Positions 9,032-17,513 of a stretch of DNA of 32,614 nt are shown here, piece after piece; position 1 is the stretch's first letter; every line of letters starts with the position of its first letter. This DNA is from Candidatus Bipolaricaulia bacterium (GTDB lineage Bacteria; Bipolaricaulota; Bipolaricaulia; JBHIAT01): positions 1-32,614 of the forward strand of contig JBHIAT010000022.1 of the NCBI GenBank assembly GCA_046758705.1. The letters run 5' to 3'. The translations under genes were made by a program, and so were the position numbers. The notes beneath the pieces are model-generated. The model was not told the DNA's origin, did no database searches, and saw nothing but the letters and a program-made list of their open reading frames with translations.

Positions 9032-9173
9032 CCCGGACCAAGCCGGGGGATGGTATCCCCCAGCCTGGTCTGGGACAGAAAAGGAGGAAATCCCATGTCA
9101 AACCTAATATACAACACGGTGGCGCACCTTGCCATGATGCATGTCATAGTCAGAGTGTTAGGATTCTCACACA
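9032..9173 (-). repeat. Copy 2 (inverted) of the same module
   Basis: GAGTGTTAGGATTCTCACACA (9153-9173) is the exact reverse complement of 8754-8774. A homologous GGGGGAT-ggt-ATCCCCC hairpin lies at 9032-9074. Confidence 0.85.
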
Positions 9174-9195
9174 GGCCCTTAATATAGATTAGTTC

Positions 9196-10073
9196 TTAGT
9201 GCTCTGGGACCAGTTGGTATTTGACTGTTAACCAGGCGGTTTCCCCTGCTGGCGCTCTCGTGGTCCCGGTAGCAATCAAGTCTCCCCGGCTATCCAAGGT
9301 GAAGGCAGCGATCTTCTCGTCCGCGTCCGCGCCGCCGTCATACCGGTCGAGTTTATCGTCGCCCAGACCGTAGCCAGCCACCACGATCATCTCCTGGGTT
9401 ATAGTGACGTCCGTTCCAACCCGAGATTGATTAGGGGTCATCTACCTCGTAGTGGGCCGACCATTTTAGGTTTCCTTGCGGGTCGTATTTCAAAACCAAA
9501 AGGTTGGGATCACCGGTCTGGGCATCCGAGTCACCGGTCACGTAAATATGGCCCTCAGGATCGATCACCACGGCCGTGCCTCGCTCGCTACCGCCCCCAG
9601 CGAAAATCTTCCGCCAGATCTCCTCGCCGGCGGGATTCAGCTTGATGAGGATCAGGTCGCCCTCATCGACCCCCGTGACCAGAATGTTGTCTTGAGGATC
9701 GATGGCGATCCCTAAGGCGGTGGTAAACTCATCACCGATCTCTCGTTTTGGTTCTGGCCAGACCGGTTCACCTTGTTGACTGAGTTTGACCATGAACAGA
9801 TCTTGGTCGTTGAGCGTGCCCACGCCACCTACGACGGTGATGTTCCCGTGAGAGTCGACGGCCACATCGTTGGGAAATTCAATGGGTTCCATGTCACGGA
9901 CCCATTCCCCGACCGATGTTAATGTCACCACCACCGTCAAACCTTCGAATCCAGAGAATTTTTCGTTCTTCTCTGTTGACCAAAGTCTGGAAGATCGTAA
10001 TACCGGCAATGACGGCGATGATGATGATCAAGACCCCTACGATGACCCAGTGCCCCTTTCTCATCTTTCTCAT
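9196..10073 (-). pseudogene. Membrane-anchored beta-propeller (SBBP-like repeat) protein split over three frames
   Basis: Frame 1 (10073-9894): MRKMRKG plus a TM helix plus 'LWIRRFDGGGD'. Frame 2 (to 9431): repeats 'VAVDSHGNITVVG', 'IAIDPQDNILVTG', 'VIDPEGHIYVTG', 'LVLKYDPQGNLKW'. Frame 3 (to 9196): 'LDSRGDLIATG...WLTVKY'. Confidence 0.75.
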
Positions 10074-10139
10074 GGTTACTGAGAAAGATTGTACAGGATT
10101 TTTTTGAAGGCCTCAGTTGCCGATGGTTGAAACATCGGT

Positions 10140-11252
10140 TTATTGTGAACTACCGAGTCTAGAATTCTCTTCGATGACTCTATAGTCTATGTCGTATCCG
10201 AAATGCTTGGGGCCGAAAAGTCTAAGTCCCTCCTCTGATCTCCACATATCAGGAGCACGATAGCCGATGACGGCCACCTGCATCTCCTCTTGGGCGTTGG
10301 GATTGATGATCGGTTGACCGGTCTCCGCCTCCAAGACGCAGATCAGATCAGGGGCCGTGATGTCCACTTCTCCATCGAACCAGGAGATGATATGCTCATT
10401 CTTGTACCAAATCTCATAGCGATGGCCTTCATAGCCCGTGCCTCCTTGGACCGTCAATTGACCCACCGTAAATCCCGCTCGGATCTCCCAATCGGCTTGG
10501 GTCAAAGTCCCACGGAATAGCAAATAGCCGCTTCCTGCATCAAGAGCGGCCTGAACGGGATCGGACCCTGAAGCACGTGCCTGACGCACCGATTGACCAA
10601 TTTCTAATGCGGTTGAGAGCGTACCCGGAATCAGGGAGTTTTTTAGGATGGCTCCACGGGCAGGATGATCGGTCACACCGGCTTGGCCACCGCTGGCTAC
10701 GGCAAGATCTCTGGCGATCTTCTCGGCTTGGCTGTCATCTGTGACCTTTTTAATGATGACGACAACTCCCGCTGGAGTCACCACAGCCAAGGGCGCGATC
10801 AGGACTTGATGAATGCAAAAGGTGCTGTGCTGTAGCTCTGGGACGGAGCGGCCTGCCGGGTCGGCATCGATGATCGGCACATCCGCTCTGGCGGACACGG
10901 AAAGAGCGATCGCCGTGTTTCCCCCGCCGATTTCGGTGGCGACCACGCCGGAAAATTTTTCATTTAAATAGGTTGCCAGCTCCTGAAACGCGGTCACACA
11001 GGCCGCAATGGTCGGATCACTGCGGCTCCCTTTCCCTTCTTCCGGTGAGATGCTTCCGCAGACGTAAGGGGAAGCTATCAGGGCATCGTCAGGAAGCTCC
11101 GACAGGCTCATCAGTTGGAATCTTCTACCCGCTGCCAGGTCTTCCTCAGTGAATTCCAGACCCTGTTTTAAGCTGCCCCCACCTCCGGTCCCCAAGATGG
11201 CCGCTCCCAATAACAGATCACGCAGTTCCTGACGATGCAACACTCGTGTCAT
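10140..11252 (-). CDS. DUF917 family protein (paralog 2)
   Basis: Motifs 'GAAILGTGGGG', 'EIGGGN', 'DADPAGRSVPELQ', 'KNE', 'PDLI' and 'FGPKHFGY'. Confidence 0.88.
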   Translation of the reverse strand: MTRVLHRQELRDLLLGAAILGTGGGGSLKQGLEFTEEDLAAGRRFQLMSLSELPDDALIASPYVCGSISPEEGKGSRSDPTIAACVTAFQELATYLNEKFSGVVATEIGGGNTAIALSVSARADVPIIDADPAGRSVPELQHSTFCIHQVLIAPLAVVTPAGVVVIIKKVTDDSQAEKIARDLAVASGGQAGVTDHPARGAILKNSLIPGTLSTALEIGQSVRQARASGSDPVQAALDAGSGYLLFRGTLTQADWEIRAGFTVGQLTVQGGTGYEGHRYEIWYKNEHIISWFDGEVDITAPDLICVLEAETGQPIINPNAQEEMQVAVIGYRAPDMWRSEEGLRLFGPKHFGYDIDYRVIEENSRLGSSQ

Positions 11253-11267
11253 CTTTCATATCACCTC

Positions 11268-12119
11268 TCATCTCCTACTGAGCTTAAGTCGAGTCTTAGG
11301 ATCTAACACTTCTTGAAGGCCATCCCCGACCAGGTTGAATGCCAACACGGTGATGAAGATAGCCAAGCCAGGGAAGGTCACAATCCACCAGTGGGTCAAA
11401 AAGTAGGTGCGTCCAATGCTGACCATCAGACCCCATTCTGGAGTAGGCGGTTGGGCTCCCAAGCCCAGGAAGCTGAGTGCCGCGGAGGTCAAAATAACCG
11501 ATCCGAAATCCAGCGAAGCCTGCATGATGACAGGGGTCCAGCAGCTCGGAAGCACATGCTTGAAAAGGATCCGCCAATTCGAAGCACCGATCGCCTGAGC
11601 GACCGTGACAAAGTCCCTTTCTCTCACAGAGATCGCTTCGCTGCGCAACAGGCGTGTGTACCAAGGCCACCAGGCTAGAGCGATGGCAATCATCGCATTG
11701 TTTAATGTGGGACCTAACATGGCCGCAATCACCAGGGCCAAAAGTAACGGGGGAAAGCTTAAGAAGGCGTCGGTGACCCGCATGAGGAACTCATCCCCAG
11801 TTCCCCTGAAATATCCGGCGATCGTCCCGAGAGGAACGCCGATAAATAGGGCCAATCCGATCACTAACACACCCACTTTAAGTGAGATCTGAGTGCCGTA
11901 GAGGACGCGGCTGAAGATGTCCCGACCCAGCTCATCGGTACCGAAGGGATGTTGTCGGCTGGGCGGCAAAAATTGATCGTTGATATTGGTCGCCCCCTGA
12001 GCATGTTGAGGGTAAGGGGCCAACCAGGGGGCTAAGATGGCGATGATAACGAGCGATAGGACGATCAGAACTCCGACCGTCGTCACACGGTTTTTTAAAA
12101 GAGTTTTAAAACCAAGCAT
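11268..12119 (-). CDS. Peptide ABC transporter permease (DppC-like), module 2
   Basis: Motifs 'HPFGTDELGRDIFSR', 'GAQPPTPEWG' and 'FNLVGDGL'. Confidence 0.93.
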   Translation of the reverse strand: MLGFKTLLKNRVTTVGVLIVLSLVIIAILAPWLAPYPQHAQGATNINDQFLPPSRQHPFGTDELGRDIFSRVLYGTQISLKVGVLVIGLALFIGVPLGTIAGYFRGTGDEFLMRVTDAFLSFPPLLLALVIAAMLGPTLNNAMIAIALAWWPWYTRLLRSEAISVRERDFVTVAQAIGASNWRILFKHVLPSCWTPVIMQASLDFGSVILTSAALSFLGLGAQPPTPEWGLMVSIGRTYFLTHWWIVTFPGLAIFITVLAFNLVGDGLQEVLDPKTRLKLSRR

Positions 12120-12130
12120 AGGACTTTATC

Positions 12131-13153
12131 TCACCCCAGCCTGATCCGCGGATCCAAGAACGCCTGTGCGATATCGACCAAAAGATTTAACGTCATATAG
12201 GTCAGGGCCGATACGAGTGTGATCCCCATAATAGCGGGATAGTCTGCGGTGATGATGGCTTTGGAGGCATACTGACCTAAGCCGGGCCATCCGAAGACCG
12301 CTTCGATTAAAAACGTCGCGGTCAGGGAGTAAGCAAACGTCATGGCCAACACGGTGAGGACCGGTCCCAAAGCATTCCTAAGCGCATAGAATCCCAGGAT
12401 CTTTGCCTCTCTTACACCGTACGCTCTCGCCGTCCGGATAAAGTCTTCATTGAGAATGTCCAGTATGGTGGCCCGAGTCATCCGCATGGCGAGCCCCAAA
12501 GGATAGACGGAGAGCGTGATAGCCGGCAGTATGAGATGGAGGAGTGCACTCTTGAGTGCGGTGAAGTTTCCGGTGAACAGGGCATCAAGCAGGTAGAAAC
12601 CGGTCATTTTTTGTATAGGATCGGTTAGGCTGACGATCGTGTCGATCCTTCCTCCCAGCGGAAGCAACTCCAACGTTTTGGCGAATACGAGCTGAAGGAT
12701 CATCGCCAGCCAGAAAGCGGGTAGCGCGATACCGGCGATAGAGGTGACCCGAGCCATATGATCGAATAACGCGTTCCTCTTGGCTGCAGAGGTGATTCCC
12801 AAGGGGATCCCGATTACAAGGGCAATCAGCATGCCGGATAGAATCAACTCCAGCGACTGGGGCAGGCGAGAGAGAATGTCTTTTCGGACGGGTTGGTGAG
12901 TCCGAATGGAGGTCCCCCAGTCCCTGAAGATGAAATCGGTGATATACCTGGAGTACTGCACATAAATAGGCTGGTCCAGGCCTAATTCAACGCGAACACG
13001 GGCGATTTGATCCGCTGTAGCATGCGGCCCAACCCAGCGAGCTGCCGGATCAGAGGGAAGCACCCGAGCCAGCAGAAAGGTCAAGACAGAGACGATAAAC
13101 AGAACGACGATAAACAGGACTAATCGTCGGGCAACGTAAACTCCCAGATTCAT
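12131..13153 (-). CDS. Peptide ABC transporter permease (DppB-like), module 2
   Basis: Motifs 'LGLDQP', EAA loop 'FIRTARAYG' and 'LDPRIR'. Confidence 0.93.
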   Translation of the reverse strand: MNLGVYVARRLVLFIVVLFIVSVLTFLLARVLPSDPAARWVGPHATADQIARVRVELGLDQPIYVQYSRYITDFIFRDWGTSIRTHQPVRKDILSRLPQSLELILSGMLIALVIGIPLGITSAAKRNALFDHMARVTSIAGIALPAFWLAMILQLVFAKTLELLPLGGRIDTIVSLTDPIQKMTGFYLLDALFTGNFTALKSALLHLILPAITLSVYPLGLAMRMTRATILDILNEDFIRTARAYGVREAKILGFYALRNALGPVLTVLAMTFAYSLTATFLIEAVFGWPGLGQYASKAIITADYPAIMGITLVSALTYMTLNLLVDIAQAFLDPRIRLG

Positions 13154-13175
13154 CTAACTTTTGCCTTTTAATATC

Positions 13176-14762
13176 TCACCCCCTGAAGGTGTCATAGAAG
13201 AACACCACATGGGCATAAGCTGGGTTATCTACATATCCGCTAAGGGATTCCCGCTTCGCCCGTTGGTACTTGATGTCAACCAACGCTACGCCGGGGGCGT
13301 CTTCCATGAGGATGTTCTGGGAGTCTGCGTACAGCTCGATGGCCTGATCTCGGTCGAGCCCTGCAGAGCGCTCTGCAGCGGAGATGAGATCGTCATAGAT
13401 GGAGTTGCTATAGTACGACAGGTTAAAGAGAATCTCGTCTTCCGAGGCGAACATCGCCTGCATGAACGAGTGAGGATTGGCATAATCCGGCCACCAATAG
13501 AAGAGGAAGATATCCTGGCGTCGCAGCGGGTTGGGCGATTTGCCCAGATCCCATTGGGCTTCCCAGGGCATGCCTCTTGGCTCCAGCTCGATGTTGAGCT
13601 TGGCCAGCTCAGACTTCCACAGTTCGGCCACTTTGCGTTCCAATTCGTCCCCGGCCACATAGGTGAGGACGATCTTAAAGCCACCGTTGGGGAAACCGGC
13701 GGCGGTCAGGAGTCTCTTCGCCACCTCCAAATTGTGGGTGTATTGCTTGACCCGTTCCGAGTACCCCCACAAGCTGAACGGGATGATTCCCCGCGACTGT
13801 CGGCCAAAGCCCTGCAGGGCGCCTTCCACAATATCGTCATAGGGAATAGTATAAGCCAGTGCCTGTCGGACCAGCTTGTTGTTCAGGGGCGGCTTCTGCG
13901 TATTGAACAGCGAGAGCAGGTTCTGCCAGGCCGTCGTCTCTATGATCTCAATCTTCGGATTGGTCCGCAACGCGTCGATGTCGGTGACCGGAAGGCGGTT
14001 GGTGAAGTCCGCTTCGCCCCTCTCGATCATCAACCGTCGTGTAGACGGCTCGGAAACGACCTGGAAAACGACCGTCTCAAAATGTTCCCCCTGCCATCCT
14101 TGCCAGTAACCATCAAACTTTTTGAGGACCAGCTCGATCTGTTCGCCGAGACTCCAACGCTGCACGGTGTACGGTCCGGTTCCGGAATCGTTGCCTGCGG
14201 CGAACCAATCGTGATCGGAAAACGCTGGATCGAAGACGTAAGCGGCATAGGCGGCTGCGACGACCAGATCTAAGGGCGCGGGGAAGCTGAGGTGAAACCG
14301 CACGGTATAGTCGTCGACGGCCTCGATCCGATCCACAGACGCCCAGATAAATGACGCGCCCAGGCCACGTTGCATCGTCCTCTCAAACGAGAACTTGACC
14401 GCCTGGGCGTCCATTTCGTTGCCCGTGTGAAACTTTACCCCTTTGCGTAGCTGAAAGGTCCAGGTCAGACCGTCCTCTGACTGCTCATAGGACTCTGCAA
14501 GCAAGGGAGTAAAACTGTCGCTGAACGGATCGTAGCGCAGCAGCGTCTCATACATGTTATGCATGGCGACGATTTCATTGGAGAAGCCGTCACTGGGATC
14601 CCAGAAGATCATGATCTCGCTGCTATTGACGTAGATCGCGACATCGGGTGAATCCTGAGCGGAGACGCTGAACCCGATTCCGCCGACAAGCGAGATGAAC
14701 AGCAAGGCAACCAAAAACCGAGTAAGTTGAACCTTTGGGCTTACCCTTCCCCTACTTTGCAT
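13176..14762 (-). CDS. ABC transporter substrate-binding protein, family 5 (DppA/DdpA-like), module 2
   Basis: SD AAGGAGG precedes ATG 14762. Signal peptide ends VSA-Q. Motifs 'YETLLRY', 'WTFQLRKGVKFHTG', 'GTGPY' and 'VRQALAY'. Confidence 0.92.
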   Translation of the reverse strand: MQSRGRVSPKVQLTRFLVALLFISLVGGIGFSVSAQDSPDVAIYVNSSEIMIFWDPSDGFSNEIVAMHNMYETLLRYDPFSDSFTPLLAESYEQSEDGLTWTFQLRKGVKFHTGNEMDAQAVKFSFERTMQRGLGASFIWASVDRIEAVDDYTVRFHLSFPAPLDLVVAAAYAAYVFDPAFSDHDWFAAGNDSGTGPYTVQRWSLGEQIELVLKKFDGYWQGWQGEHFETVVFQVVSEPSTRRLMIERGEADFTNRLPVTDIDALRTNPKIEIIETTAWQNLLSLFNTQKPPLNNKLVRQALAYTIPYDDIVEGALQGFGRQSRGIIPFSLWGYSERVKQYTHNLEVAKRLLTAAGFPNGGFKIVLTYVAGDELERKVAELWKSELAKLNIELEPRGMPWEAQWDLGKSPNPLRRQDIFLFYWWPDYANPHSFMQAMFASEDEILFNLSYYSNSIYDDLISAAERSAGLDRDQAIELYADSQNILMEDAPGVALVDIKYQRAKRESLSGYVDNPAYAHVVFFYDTFRG

Positions 14763-14802
14763 TTTTGGATCCCCCTCCTTAAATGAACAAACGTAGTTTT
14801 TC

Positions 14803-14840
14803 TTGGCACCAATATACCAATTTGTTGGACAGTTTTGCAA
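14803..14840 (-). promoter_or_regulatory. Internal promoter for module 2, with possible GntR/FadR-type operator
   Basis: On the minus strand, TTGCAA-N18-TATATT with a TG extension sits in an AT-rich gap. TTGG/CCAA half-sites overlap the -10 (TTGGCACCAA 14803-14812). Confidence 0.5.
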
Positions 14841-14899
14841 TTCCAAACTTCCGGATTTCAAGGCTTGTTTTTGTTGTCAAGTGACATCCACCAATCTAC

Positions 14900-16009
14900 T
14901 TAGATCAACTCCCGTTCTGTCTTGGTGAGCACCTCGTGACCGTCCTCAGTCACCAGCACCATGTCCTCGACCCGCGCCGCACCCACGCCGGCCAGGTAGA
15001 TCCCTGGCTCGACCGTCACCACCATGTTGGGCTCCAACACCGTTTCACGACCGACATCGAGGATTGGCATCTCGTGGATCGCCAGACCGAGCCCGTGACC
15101 GGTCAGATGCGGGAAATGGTCGCCGAGTCCCTCCGCCGCGATGACCGCTCGCGCGACCCGATCGACCTCGCCACCGGTGACCCCGGGTCGAACCGCCTCG
15201 ATCGCCGCCTGCTGTGCCTGGTAGGCGACCCGGAAGAGTTTCGATTGCTCGTTGCTCAGCCCCCCGAGGCTGAACGTCCGAGTGATGTCGGAGCAGTATC
15301 CCTGATAGATAGTCCCCATATCGAACAGGACGAGTTCCCCGGCCGCGAGCGGCTTCTCGGTGGAGACCCGCTGGGGGAGCCACGCATTCTCTCCCGACAT
15401 CAAAAACGGTTCGAACGATGGCCCCTCGGCACCCTCTTTCACCATGAGATACTGGACGTAGGATGAGATCTCTGCCTCGGTGACCCCGGGTTTGGCTCGC
15501 TGCAGCGCGACTTGCATCACCCGATCGGCGATCGCCGCCGCCTTCCGGATCACCTCGATCTCTGCCTCGGATTTGATCGCCCGCATTCTCAGCAGATCCG
15601 CGTCGATCGCTTCCATGTGCGGCACGACACTGGTGACCGATCGGGAAAGCGCCTTCAGGTATTCGGCCTGATGGCAGGTGATCGTCTCGACTTCGATCCC
15701 GATACTCCGCGGCTTGAACGATCCGAGCAGGTCCCGCAGGACGCTTAGAGGCTCAGGTGTGTCCTCTAAGAAGTGCCGGATGTTTTTGTTATGGATCCAG
15801 CAGTCCCGTCGCGCCCGTTCGTAGTCCAGTCGTGCGACGATGAAGTAAATTCTTCCATCCCGACCGATCATCAGGATCGCATGGGCAGCCCGGTTCAACC
15901 GAAACCCGGTGAAGTACCTCAGGTTCGCGGTATCGAACAACAGCACTACGTCGATCTCGCGTTCCTCAAGTCGTTGGGTGAATGCATCAACCCGGTCCCG
16001 ATAATCCAC
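14900..16009 (-). CDS. M24 family Xaa-Pro dipeptidase/aminopeptidase (creatinase/prolidase fold)
   Basis: N-terminal creatinase-like domain, 'RAIKSEAEI', and metal ligands in 'LFDMG', 'SDITRT', 'HLTGHGLG', 'EPG', 'VED'. Confidence 0.92.
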   Translation of the reverse strand: MDYRDRVDAFTQRLEEREIDVVLLFDTANLRYFTGFRLNRAAHAILMIGRDGRIYFIVARLDYERARRDCWIHNKNIRHFLEDTPEPLSVLRDLLGSFKPRSIGIEVETITCHQAEYLKALSRSVTSVVPHMEAIDADLLRMRAIKSEAEIEVIRKAAAIADRVMQVALQRAKPGVTEAEISSYVQYLMVKEGAEGPSFEPFLMSGENAWLPQRVSTEKPLAAGELVLFDMGTIYQGYCSDITRTFSLGGLSNEQSKLFRVAYQAQQAAIEAVRPGVTGGEVDRVARAVIAAEGLGDHFPHLTGHGLGLAIHEMPILDVGRETVLEPNMVVTVEPGIYLAGVGAARVEDMVLVTEDGHEVLTKTERELI

Positions 16010-16034
16010 AGCTTAGCCTCCCAAGCAGGTGACT

Positions 16035-16316
16035 TCAGAGCAGCTCTCGTACGGCACTCTCGATCTCGGGATTGACCAGGTACACACGCTTCGGCACCCG
16101 GGACTCGACGTTGGAATCGGCCTGGCTGGTCAGTTCCAGCACGATCATCCCCGCGCCGAGTCGGTCGAGCATCGACCCGAGATCCTCAGCTGGAAGATCG
16201 AGGGCGGCTTCGAGGTGATGCCGCTCGATATACGGCTGTTCCAGGATCATCTGGATCAGTGGTTCGTAGTTTGGATCGGATGCAATCAGATCCTTCAACG
16301 TCTCCAGCTCCGCCAT
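16035..16316 (-). CDS. 93-aa acidic hypothetical protein, possibly winged-helix fold
   Basis: ATG overlaps the DUF917 stop (TGATG) with SD GGAGG upstream. Sequence MAELETLKDL...HLEAALDLPAEDLGSMLDRL...KRVYLVNPE. Confidence 0.7.
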   Translation of the reverse strand: MAELETLKDLIASDPNYEPLIQMILEQPYIERHHLEAALDLPAEDLGSMLDRLGAGMIVLELTSQADSNVESRVPKRVYLVNPEIESAVRELL

Positions 16317-17497
16317 CAGGCTCCCCCTCCCCCCGCATGGTTCAATTCCTCCACCGGGACGTAGTCGAGGTCGTAGCCGAAGTAGCGGGGACCGAACGTC
16401 TCGATCCCTTTGGGCGTGCGCATCCGTTCGTGAGCCGGCATCAGGACGATCGTCCCCCGGTACCCATACTTGACCACATCGGTGCGGATCGGCTCCCCGG
16501 TCTCCGAGTCGAGGATCGCAATCAGGTCTGGCGGCATACACTTGACCTGGCCGTCGATCCGCAAGTTGAGCCATTCGTTCTGAAAATCGAGCTCAGCGCG
16601 GCTCCCTTGGTATGAATCAATTCCTTCCATGATCACCCGGCCCAGCGTAAACCCTTTGGTCGTCTCCCCGCCGAACTCGCGGCGGATGTCGACGATCTTC
16701 CCCTTGAACACCTTGAATCCGGTCACATCGCGAATCTCCTTCAGGCTGCGGAGCAGCTCCTCGATCGGATCCAGGTGTTCGCGACGGGCGCGGTAGACAG
16801 CCTTACCTACCTCCCAGGCGATGCTCTGGGAGTTGAGGATCGAGGTTTCCTTGACCTGTTTCCCGGTCATTGGGTAGGTGGCGATCCACGAGATGCCCCC
16901 GTAGGCCATTGCCGCTCGACGGGCCAGGGATTCGGCCAACAGGTTATCTTCACCGGTGTCGATAATCGTGACGTTGCGTCGATCGTCGGCCGAGACGGTC
17001 GGCGAGGCGGGTACCCCGTGGGTGGTCCACGAGGTCATCTGCAGCTCCGGAAACGCCCGGTTCATGCCGTCGACATCGATGACGGGAACGCCCAGCTCCC
17101 CGGCTGCAGCGTAGGCGACCGGCGAGTTGACCCCGCCACACTCGGCGGGAATCGTCGCCTCAAGCTTCTTGCCCAGGTACCCTTCGAGCTTGGCGATCGC
17201 CAGGTTGAGCACCGCTTCGCTCGGTGGCTTTTCGGTGAGCACCAACGCTGCTCCCAGACATGCGGGGCAGGCAACCAGGATGTCATCGGGCACGTCCAGC
17301 GGGTCGACCATGACGATCTCCTTACCCTCATCGAGCACTTTGTAGGTCCACAGGAGCCCGATCTCGGGATCTCCACCGCCGCCGGTGGCCAGGATCGACG
17401 CACCCAAGGTGATCTCCTCGATCGCCTGTTTGTCGATCTCCTGGTAATTCTCGACCCCCCAGCGTTCCAGGATCTGCTTAACAGGAGCATGATTCAT
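16316..17497 (-). CDS. DUF917 family protein (paralog 1)
   Basis: Motifs 'GASILATGGGGDP', 'ECGGVN', 'DVDGMNRAFPELQM', 'FQNE', 'PDLI' and 'FGPRYFGY'. Confidence 0.9.
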   Translation of the reverse strand: MNHAPVKQILERWGVENYQEIDKQAIEEITLGASILATGGGGDPEIGLLWTYKVLDEGKEIVMVDPLDVPDDILVACPACLGAALVLTEKPPSEAVLNLAIAKLEGYLGKKLEATIPAECGGVNSPVAYAAAGELGVPVIDVDGMNRAFPELQMTSWTTHGVPASPTVSADDRRNVTIIDTGEDNLLAESLARRAAMAYGGISWIATYPMTGKQVKETSILNSQSIAWEVGKAVYRARREHLDPIEELLRSLKEIRDVTGFKVFKGKIVDIRREFGGETTKGFTLGRVIMEGIDSYQGSRAELDFQNEWLNLRIDGQVKCMPPDLIAILDSETGEPIRTDVVKYGYRGTIVLMPAHERMRTPKGIETFGPRYFGYDLDYVPVEELNHAGGGGA

Positions 17498-17513
17498 GAT
17501 CTTGATCTTCCCC

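Noticed and set aside
8551-9176. Possible CRISPR array or integron attC sites (repeats containing CTAAC/GTTAG)
   Set aside because: Repeats are few, in mixed orientation and ~200 bp apart. There is no cas or integrase gene, and the CTAAC...GTTAG pair spans ~400 bp, too long for attC.
8708-9192. ORFs 8708-8950 and 8980-9192 as real proteins or transposase fragments
   Set aside because: No SD and no recognisable motifs. They run through hairpins and inverted repeats, and differences between the repeat copies are not codon-patterned.
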